DNA of 64,000 nucleotides from a virus (Duplodnaviria; Caudoviricetes): IMG/VR virus record IMGVR_UViG_3300046678_000067, positions 1 to 64,000 of that record; one strand, 5' to 3'. Shown piece by piece: positions 58,032 to 64,000 of this stretch (position 1 is its first letter; each line of letters starts with the position of its first letter). The notes under the pieces were generated by a model. It saw only the letters and a program-made list of their open reading frames with translations, ran no database searches and was not told where the DNA came from. The position numbers and the translations under genes were made by a program.

Positions 58032-58103
58032 TGTTCTGAGGTGTATTGGAGTGCACACCGCCCTTTAAAGGCGGAAGATTTGGTTCGATTCCGAACAGAA
58101 CAA
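58032..58103 (+). tRNA. tRNA with UUA anticodon (ochre suppressor-like or pseudo-tRNA)
   Basis: tgttctg/cagaaca acceptor; ccgcc-CTTTAAA-ggcgg; TTCGATT loop; A at position 8, no CCA. Confidence 0.6.
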
Positions 58104-58119
58104 CTTAACAATAAGAGGT

Positions 58120-58569
58120 GTGATGAATGAGTTAATTTGTATTAAGGGTTTTCCGGCCTATCATTTGGAAACCGAAACCCTTAAGGTTATTTCGTATCAC
58201 AAGTCTCACGAGGGCAAATATCGCTCTCTGGAATTTAATGATCGCGGTCAGCACGGCTATACGCTGTATAACAACGGTCATAAAGAATGGTTCTCTCTTG
58301 AAAAACTCCGTGGCTCTGTTGAGCTGCACAAAATTAAAGGAATGGTTGTTCCGATGAAAGATAATGTTCTGAAAAGCGGTTACTGGATCGTTGGTTCGAT
58401 TAGCAAGAGCACCGGCGCGTTCTCGGCAGCTTCAAATCCGAAGCCGCATTCTACTGAATCTGAAGCGCGTGCTGAAGCAGGTCGTCTGGCATCGCTTGAT
58501 TCGAGCAAGAAGTTTACTTGGCTGCGAATCGGCGGTATGGCTTCGGCAGTTGGTATCGTCTACGAATGA
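58120..58569 (+). CDS. Hypothetical protein (NUMOD4-like N-terminus)
   Basis: IKGFPAY...KVIS; GAGGT SD. Confidence 0.55.
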   Translation: MMNELICIKGFPAYHLETETLKVISYHKSHEGKYRSLEFNDRGQHGYTLYNNGHKEWFSLEKLRGSVELHKIKGMVVPMKDNVLKSGYWIVGSISKSTGAFSAASNPKPHSTESEARAEAGRLASLDSSKKFTWLRIGGMASAVGIVYE

Positions 58570-58805
58570 GTTTCAATCTTTCGAAGGATGCGGCTCCGAT
58601 ATCAAATACCTCTGTTACTGTTCCGCTAACTTTGGATGTATTGAAGTTGGTTGAGAAGACTGTAACAGATGTGTTGTCCTGCGTCTCTAATTCATTCCAC
58701 TCCAATGGAGTTCTTGCAGAAACTACTGCGGTAAAGAATCTGCATATGATCAAGGGTGAGATGGCGGCGTTGAAGAATCTGTTGGCAGCCATCGATAAGA
58801 CTTAA
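58566..58805 (+). CDS. Hypothetical protein
   Basis: ATGA overlap. Confidence 0.55.
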   Translation: MSFNLSKDAAPISNTSVTVPLTLDVLKLVEKTVTDVLSCVSNSFHSNGVLAETTAVKNLHMIKGEMAALKNLLAAIDKT

Positions 58806-58824
58806 TAAAAGTTCAAAGGTTAAA

Positions 58825-59217
58825 ATGAAGAAGATTTTCCTTGCGGCTCTGGTTGCTCTTTCGTTGGCTGCTTGCCACGATAATAACTATCCTCAGTATC
58901 AAACTCAGGCTCCTGCCGTTGTGGCTCCGCCCGCTGTAGTCGTGGCCCAGCAACCTAGCGGGAATGGTGGAGTTCTCACCGGAGCACTGCTAGGCGGGGC
59001 TGCTGGATTTATGGCTGGTAAGCTATCTAACCGTGGTGCCGCAGCCGCTCCTGCGCCCGTTTATCATGTTACGAACGTGACCCAGAACGTCACGAAGAAA
59101 GTATATGTGAATAAGCCCGCTGCCGCGCCGGTTGTCGCTGCTCCCGCTCCTAAGCTGTCGTTGTCGAAGCCGGTTAAGACCAGCTCATCGTTCGGCGGAT
59201 TTAATAAACGTAAGTGA
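58825..59217 (+). CDS. Lipoprotein with glycine-zipper segment
   Basis: MKK..LAAC lipobox; GALLGGAAGFMAG. Confidence 0.7.
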   Translation: MKKIFLAALVALSLAACHDNNYPQYQTQAPAVVAPPAVVVAQQPSGNGGVLTGALLGGAAGFMAGKLSNRGAAAAPAPVYHVTNVTQNVTKKVYVNKPAAAPVVAAPAPKLSLSKPVKTSSSFGGFNKRK

Positions 59218-59264
59218 ATTTTAACTGGTTTAAGTACCTATACTGAAGAGAAAGAAAGGAAAAT

Positions 59265-59897
59265 ATGAAGATTACTGTAACGCGCGGTTTGGCTGAACTG
59301 AAGACCCTTGATGCTCGCATTCAAAATGCTATCAGTCAAGGAACCTATGTTGCTGTTGTTCGTGGTAACAAAGAAGTCCCGCTGAACGCTGCGGTTTCGA
59401 AGGATGAGCTGGAAAAGAATATCGGCGCGTCCTTTCAGCAAGTGGGTGACCTGATTAAGCGTCGTGATGCTATCAAGCGTGCGATTATCGTTGCGAATTC
59501 GAAAACGGAAGTTTCGATCAGCGGCGCAAAGATGACGGTTGCCGAAGCGATTGAACGTAAGAGTTCGATCCAGTACACGGAGCGATTCATCAATATGCTG
59601 CAAGCTCAGTATAACAACGCTACGGTTCAGGCTAATAACCAGAACGCGCGTGTTGAGGCTGACGTTGAGAAGCGTGTGATGGCTGCATACGGTAACGACA
59701 AAGGCAAGGTTACGGCAGAGCAACATGACCTGATTGCTAAGGCAGTCAAGGGTGAGCAAGAAGCCAAGCTTCTGGACCCGAAGAAGATTGTGGAGCAGAT
59801 CGCCACGCTTCGTCGTGAGTATGAAGATTTTGTGACGGAAGTTGATTTCGTTCTGAGCGAGTCGAATGCTCGGACTGAGATTGAACTGCCCGACTAA
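59265..59897 (+). CDS. Internally repeated coiled-coil protein (possibly DIP1984-like)
   Basis: Two halves: KITVTRGLAELK...ANSKTEV / KMTVAEAIERK...SNARTEI; AAGGA SD. Confidence 0.65.
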   Translation: MKITVTRGLAELKTLDARIQNAISQGTYVAVVRGNKEVPLNAAVSKDELEKNIGASFQQVGDLIKRRDAIKRAIIVANSKTEVSISGAKMTVAEAIERKSSIQYTERFINMLQAQYNNATVQANNQNARVEADVEKRVMAAYGNDKGKVTAEQHDLIAKAVKGEQEAKLLDPKKIVEQIATLRREYEDFVTEVDFVLSESNARTEIELPD

Positions 59898-59914
59898 GTA
59901 GTTTTGTAGGAAAA

Positions 59915-60230
59915 CTGAACTCATGGTACGCTGAACGCTTCAAAACTTTCGGCGTCCCTTCTCGCTTGGACGTAAAACCGCGAGAGCCAAAATCTACGAT
60001 ACTTGAATTTGCGAACCTATTATCCTCGCAAGGACAATTTGCCCCATAGGGGCTCCATTGTTAAAGTTCAAAGATTAAAGCTAAAGATTCAAAGATTAAA
60101 TTTCTAAAGTTTAAGTCTCAACTTTCAAGATATTAAGTCTTAACGATTCTTTAAATCCTGGGTATGGTGTTGTGGGTGATCATTGAATTGACCCCGAGGT
60201 GTGCCCCAGGCTGGCGTGTCATGAGTTCGG
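59915..60230 (+). ncRNA. Structured ncRNA with pseudoknot and internal YAAAG repeat tract
   Basis: 19-bp closing helix 59915-59933/60212-60230; H-type pseudoknot ~59953-59986; repeats 60061-60150. Confidence 0.7.
60061..60150 (+). repeat. Degenerate 6-8-nt tandem repeats (TTAAAG/TTCAAAG/CTAAAG...)
   Basis: About 12 units read directly. Confidence 0.8.
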
Positions 60231-60293
60231 CTGATTGAATATATTCAAACGAGTGTATTCAACAAGCTAACGTTAAACTACAAACAGGTAATT

Positions 60294-60482
60294 ATGTCTC
60301 GTCAAAGTAAGAATGTGAAGAAGCGCGCAGAAGCAAAGCAGATCACCGCGATGCACAAGAAGGGCGAAAAGGGTCCGAAGCAAACCAAGGCTGTACACGG
60401 TAAAGACCCTGCGAAGCGTCTGTATACGAAGTTGAAGCGCGGCCCGAATGATACGTCGCGTGAGAAGGCAAAGACTAAGTAG
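60294..60482 (+). CDS. Small basic protein
   Basis: 62 aa, Lys/Arg-rich; CAGGT SD. Confidence 0.6.
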   Translation: MSRQSKNVKKRAEAKQITAMHKKGEKGPKQTKAVHGKDPAKRLYTKLKRGPNDTSREKAKTK

Positions 60483-60491
60483 TTTTACTGA

Positions 60492-60575
60492 GGATAGGTT
60501 GCTGAGTGGTCAAAAGCGCCGGATTGCAAACCCGGTTCGAAAGATTCGTGGGTTCGAATCCCTCTCTATCCTCCA
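60492..60575 (+). tRNA. tRNA-Cys(GCA) with long variable arm
   Basis: ccgga-TTGCAAA-cccgg; U73; CCA; type-II body. Confidence 0.75.
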
Positions 60576-60577
60576 AT

Positions 60578-60653
60578 CGAGAAGTAGCTCAGTCGGTAGA
60601 GCAACGGATTCATATTCCGTGTGTCGGCGGTTCGATCCCGCCTTTCTCGACCA
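60578..60653 (+). tRNA. tRNA-Met/Ile2(CAU)
   Basis: acgga-TTCATAT-tccgt; CCA. Confidence 0.85.
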
Positions 60654-60658
60654 AATCT

Positions 60659-60787
60659 CGGAACTTATCCAAGTGGTAAGGAAACCCGTGTGTATCGGGA
60701 AGTAATGAAATTCAAACGGCGTCGGAGTACGATACGAGTTGAGTAGTGAAAATGAAATTGCTAGTTCGATTCTAGCAGTTCCGACCA
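60659..60787 (+). ncRNA. tRNA-like RNA with ~55-nt insert
   Basis: cggaact/agttccg acceptor + ACCA, D arm, T arm gctag-TTCGATT-ctagc. Confidence 0.65.
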
Positions 60788-60792
60788 GTTTA

Positions 60793-60907
60793 GATTGTGT
60801 GTCAAGGCGACCACTATACAGGATGATGTGGGGAAGCGACAAAACAGGCGTCGGTCCTTCCAGGTATAGCGTTCCACAGATAGGTTCGATTCCTTACGCA
60901 ATCACCA
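60793..60907 (+). ncRNA. tRNA-like RNA with long stem replacing the anticodon arm
   Basis: gattgtg/cgcaatc acceptor + ACCA; GGTTCGATTCC; ctatac/gtatag internal stem. Confidence 0.6.
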
Positions 60908-60915
60908 AGTTTTAT

Positions 60916-60990
60916 CCCGCGTTCGTTTATTGGTAGGATGGGCGATATGTTCATCGTCAGAATGAGGTTCGATTCCTTGACGCGGGGCCA
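60916..60990 (+). tRNA. tRNA-like gene, undetermined anticodon (8-nt loop)
   Basis: cccgcgt/acgcggg + GCCA; ggcga-TATGTTCA-tcgtc. Confidence 0.55.
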
Positions 60991-61010
60991 GTACTAAGTA
61001 TTATTACAAT

Positions 61011-61086
61011 ACCAGGGTAACTCAGTTGGTAGAGTAGCGGACCGATAATCCGTTAGTCGCAGGTTCGAGTCCTGCCCCTGGTACCA
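61011..61086 (+). tRNA. tRNA-Ile(GAU)
   Basis: gcgga-CCGATAA-tccgt; CCA. Confidence 0.88.
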
Positions 61087-61102
61087 AATTTGAAAGGATG
61101 AT

Positions 61103-61357
61103 ATGGGAAAGTTTTCTGAATTGCATGAACGTATTGAGGAACCGGATGAATCTGGTTTCATTCATAATGCTACTGCTCAAGCTAGACATCCTGGATCTAT
61201 CCGGCATGAAGCAAGGGTAAAGCCGGTTGGTTCTAAGTACCGGGTTACTCATTATCAAAACGGCAAGTATCAAGGCAAAGCCTCTGATCGGCATTTTGAT
61301 GATAAAGACGAAGCGATCAATCACGCTAACACTCACGTGCAGCGAAACGTTCGCTAA
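61103..61357 (+). CDS. Hypothetical protein
   Basis: ORF with AAGGA SD between tRNAs. Confidence 0.6.
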   Translation: MGKFSELHERIEEPDESGFIHNATAQARHPGSIRHEARVKPVGSKYRVTHYQNGKYQGKASDRHFDDKDEAINHANTHVQRNVR

Positions 61358-61367
61358 GTAATTTTAT

Positions 61368-61457
61368 GGAAATGTGGCAGAGAGGTCTATTGCACCTGCC
61401 TAGAAAGCAGACGGTCGGTTCGCTGGCCCGTGAGTTCGAATCTCACCGTTTCCGCCA
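61368..61457 (+). tRNA. tRNA-Ser(AGA)
   Basis: ctgc-CTAGAAA-gcag; long variable arm; G73 CCA. Confidence 0.85.
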
Positions 61458-61464
61458 AGTTTAT

Positions 61465-61553
61465 GGAAGTTTGCCAGAGTGGCTTATTGGGTCTCCCTGC
61501 TAAGGAGCACGCTGGAAAACGGCACGAAGGTTCGAATCCTTCAACTTCCGCCA
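61465..61553 (+). tRNA. tRNA-Ser(GCU)
   Basis: ctcc-CTGCTAA-ggag; long variable arm; GCCA. Confidence 0.88.
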
Positions 61554-61627
61554 ATTAGGAGATTTATGTTTATTGTTCATCATTATAAGGCTTCTCATAT
61601 AGGTAACTAACCTTATGAGGAGCAAAA

Positions 61628-62062
61628 ATGAGCAGAACCTTTCGACGTAAGAATATTGAAGATACATACGGTTGCAGTTGGAACCGTCGCGGTCGTAAGT
61701 CGGGTGGCTTCTATAGCACCTATGATGCTGGTGAGATGGGCAAGAAGCGTTTCACCAAGCGACATGAATATGAAGAAGATGGTTTGATCTTCATCGAATG
61801 TAAGACTGGGTGGACTTGGAAACGAGATTGCCCAACTTATCGTCCGATGACTGATGCTGAGCGTAATGATCGCTTTCGCCGGTTACACGGAGAAAGCCGC
61901 AGCCGTAATGCTTGGACTCCTGGTCGATCCTATCGTCATGCGCGTGAAGTAAGATTGAGGACTCACAATAAGCAGGAGTTGATTCGTTATATGAAAGACC
62001 CTGAGAATTATGAGCCTATGGTGTTTGAGAATCCCGAGAGTCATATGTGGGATTGGTCGTAA
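61628..62062 (+). CDS. Basic hypothetical protein (MSRTFRRK...)
   Basis: GAGGAG SD inside a hairpin. Confidence 0.65.
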   Translation: MSRTFRRKNIEDTYGCSWNRRGRKSGGFYSTYDAGEMGKKRFTKRHEYEEDGLIFIECKTGWTWKRDCPTYRPMTDAERNDRFRRLHGESRSRNAWTPGRSYRHAREVRLRTHNKQELIRYMKDPENYEPMVFENPESHMWDWS

Positions 62063-62225
62063 AGAGTACAATCGACAGTCAGCGGGCTTTAAACTCCCGC
62101 CTAATGCAAGCTGAAGTTACAGCTGATTCCCCTTGGACGCTTGGGGATACGATATGCTTAAGAGAAGCCACCCGGCACCTTGAAGTGTCTACGGGACGAT
62201 GGTACCCCGTCCGAATTAACAAAGG

Positions 62226-63056
62226 ATGAGAATGAAAAAGCTACTTGCTGCACTATTGATCGCCGCTGGCGTATTTGGTCTAGTTGACGGTTCTACCGCA
62301 GCTACAAATGAAGTTGGACAAACGTCTAGTATTGCTGTTGAGGCACCTTTTGGTCTACCGACTGACAACGTAGATGGTACGATTGTAGCTCACAAGGCTT
62401 TCGTATTGAAGCACGATAATGCGGCCAAGATTCCGGTTTGGGTTGCTTATACCCTAACTCCTCAACATACTGAAGGGTTAGTTGCACGTCAGGATAGTTT
62501 TAAGGCCGATGCTCTTCTACACGAAGGTCAACGGGCTGAACTGAATGACTATCGCAATAGCGGCTATGACAAGGGCCATTTGGCTAACAATGCAGATATG
62601 GCTTGGGAACTAGATGTCGACCAGGACAGTTTCCTGTTGTCTAATATGGCACCTCAACTACATGCTTTCAATGCAGGTATTTGGGAGGAACTGGAAGAAA
62701 ATGTTCGCGGTTGGGCGTTTAATCGTCAACACACGATGCTAGTATATGATGGTCCAATCTACAATAAGCAAGATAAGACTATCGGCGCTGATCACGTAGT
62801 TGTCCCGCATTCGTTCTATAAGATCGTTGTGGATGAAGTAACTAAAGAGTCTATGACTTTTGTGTTCCCTCATCAGGCTATCTCGATTAAAGCTGATATG
62901 ACGCCTTATCTGGTATCTGTCGATGCGGTTGAGAAAGCGACTGGCGTTTCATTCCCGGTTCCTGGTAGTAAGACAGTGGTTGCTAAGGTTGTATGGCCGG
63001 ATGATCTATCGAAGTTTAAAGCCGATAAATCAGCGAAAAAAGCAGCCGCTAAGTAA
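62226..63056 (+). CDS. Secreted DNA/RNA non-specific endonuclease (NucA-like)
   Basis: Signal peptide; P.WVAY, YDKGHL, SNMAPQ...FN.GIW..LE, VPHSFYK. Confidence 0.9.
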   Translation: MRMKKLLAALLIAAGVFGLVDGSTAATNEVGQTSSIAVEAPFGLPTDNVDGTIVAHKAFVLKHDNAAKIPVWVAYTLTPQHTEGLVARQDSFKADALLHEGQRAELNDYRNSGYDKGHLANNADMAWELDVDQDSFLLSNMAPQLHAFNAGIWEELEENVRGWAFNRQHTMLVYDGPIYNKQDKTIGADHVVVPHSFYKIVVDEVTKESMTFVFPHQAISIKADMTPYLVSVDAVEKATGVSFPVPGSKTVVAKVVWPDDLSKFKADKSAKKAAAK

Positions 63057-63074
63057 TTTTGTAAGAAAGAAAAT

Positions 63075-63150
63075 GACGCGTTAACTCAGCTGGTAGAGTG
63101 CTAGACTGTCTATCTGGAAGTCAGGGGTTCGAATCCCCTACGCGTCGCCA
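63075..63150 (+). tRNA. tRNA-Asp(GUC)
   Basis: ctaga-CTGTCTA-tctgg; GCCA. Confidence 0.9.
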
Positions 63151-63157
63151 AATTAAT

Positions 63158-63231
63158 GCAGGTGTGGTATAGAGGTTGTGCCTTGGACTTCCACTCCAAT
63201 GAGACGGGTTCGAATCCTGTCACCTGCTCCA
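63158..63231 (+). tRNA. tRNA-Gly(UCC)
   Basis: ttgga-CTTCCAC-tccaa; TCCA. Confidence 0.9.
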
Positions 63232-63241
63232 AATAGGAAAT

Positions 63242-63451
63242 GTGATGTATCGTTACAAAGATATGGTTGCTGCTGGTACTTCGGTTCTGGGAACTCTCAT
63301 CAAAGAGAAAGCGCATCCTTCTGTAATTGAGACAGTATATCAACGCGCTAATGCGGATTTTCTGAAAAGCTATCCGCAATGCGATGATGCTTGGTTTATG
63401 AGGATGAATAATGGGATCGTTAGTAAAGCTGATCAAAGACTGTCTAACTGA
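63242..63451 (+). CDS. Hypothetical protein
   Basis: ORF with AGGA SD. Confidence 0.5.
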   Translation: MMYRYKDMVAAGTSVLGTLIKEKAHPSVIETVYQRANADFLKSYPQCDDAWFMRMNNGIVSKADQRLSN

Positions 63452-63662
63452 AAATGATGGCGTGTCTTATTGTCCTTTCCGCGTAGCTGGTGCAGCTTTG
63501 GCCACTTCTGGAATTCCGGCTTTCGTCGGTGGGGCTATCGTTGATATCTATAAGCACGGTACTCTTGATTATGTAACATTCGGCACTGGTTTCGGTGCTA
63601 TGATGGCCGGTCTTGCTGCCCTAGCTGGCGGCGTAGCTTTTAAAGCGAAAACCGACCGTTAA
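63411..63662 (+). CDS. Small two-TM membrane protein (holin-like)
   Basis: GAGGA SD; two hydrophobic Gly/Ala segments, basic tail. Confidence 0.55.
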   Translation: MGSLVKLIKDCLTENDGVSYCPFRVAGAALATSGIPAFVGGAIVDIYKHGTLDYVTFGTGFGAMMAGLAALAGGVAFKAKTDR

Positions 63663-63726
63663 TGTTGTACTAAGTATTTTTTGTAGAGTCTCCTTAAGGG
63701 ATGATTCTTCAAGCTCATACTTAGGA

Positions 63727-63799
63727 GTGGCTATATCTTAATTGGTAAAGAACTGGACTGTGAATCCGGTAAATATGGGTTCAAGCCCCATTAGTCACC
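63727..63799 (+). tRNA. tRNA-His(GUG)
   Basis: ctgga-CTGTGAA-tccgg; C73; no encoded CCA, A at -1. Confidence 0.8.
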
Positions 63800-63830
63800 C
63801 CTAAGTAAGTTTATGTAGTTGTTTTACTAT

Positions 63831-63906
63831 TCCTCAGTAGCTCAGTTGGTAGAGCGTCGCACTGTTAATGCGTTGGTCGTAGGTTCAAGTCCTGCCTGGG
63901 GAGCCA
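63831..63906 (+). tRNA. tRNA-Asn(GUU)
   Basis: cgca-CTGTTAA-tgcg; GCCA. Confidence 0.9.
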
Positions 63907-63925
63907 GATTTTTGTAGTAACCTGT

Positions 63926-63997
63926 TGCGGGTTCCCAAGGGGGACTGCGGTCTCATAAGCCGTCTGGGAGTGGGTTCGATTCCTGCGCCCGCAACCA
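63926..63997 (+). tRNA. tRNA-Met(CAU), initiator-like
   Basis: gcggt-CTCATAA-gccgt; ACCA; short D arm. Confidence 0.75.
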
Positions 63998-64000
63998 AAG

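Noticed and set aside
60061-60150. Repeat tract as CRISPR/TIGR-type guide array
   Set aside because: Units are 6-8 nt with no unique spacers
59915-60230. tmRNA (pseudoknot resembles PK1)
   Set aside because: No tRNA-Ala-like acceptor, T loop or CCA end, and no convincing tag ORF
60232-60266. Hairpins in tRNA spacers (also ~57996-58026 and ~63688-63727)
   Set aside because: Single stems consistent with ordinary processing or stability elements; too little evidence for separate genes
1-64000. Stop-codon reassignment implied by the UUA tRNA
   Set aside because: Core genes are full length in the standard code and end at TAA/TAG/TGA as expected

Overview
A 64-kb segment of a large lytic T4-superfamily myophage genome (host not identifiable from the sequence). 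It carries the T4-type replication, recombination and transcription core (gp43, gp45, gp44/62, RegA, gp59, gp32, gp33, fused gp39/60 and gp52 topoisomerase, UvsW, UvsY, rIIA/rIIB). It also has nucleotide-metabolism genes (nrdA/B, glutaredoxin, dCMP deaminase, three MazG-like NTP pyrophosphatases, a 5'-nucleotidase), scattered baseplate/tail genes (gp3, gp25, gp26, gp51-like, a split gp5), an RNA-repair cassette and the start of a tRNA cluster. Most notable: (i) a ~315-nt structured RNA (19-bp closing helix, H-type pseudoknot, ~12 tandem YAAAG-like repeats) directly after an internally repeated coiled-coil gene, with a copy of the repeat motif over the start region of a nearby gene; (ii) a second ~390-nt structured RNA with its own promoter and terminator; (iii) a glycosyltransferase/PIG-L deacetylase/glycosyltransferase operon plus an aGPT-Pplase1-like gene, with clamp-binding-like tails on both glycosyltransferases and the aGPT-Pplase1, suggesting a new DNA hypermodification; (iv) a gp5 split into two genes with different lysins and a captured J-like tail tip; (v) odd tRNAs (UUA anticodon, Ser-AGA, long-arm Cys, tRNA-like RNAs with large inserts). 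All calls come from motif recognition and manual base-pairing; no searches or folding programs were run.
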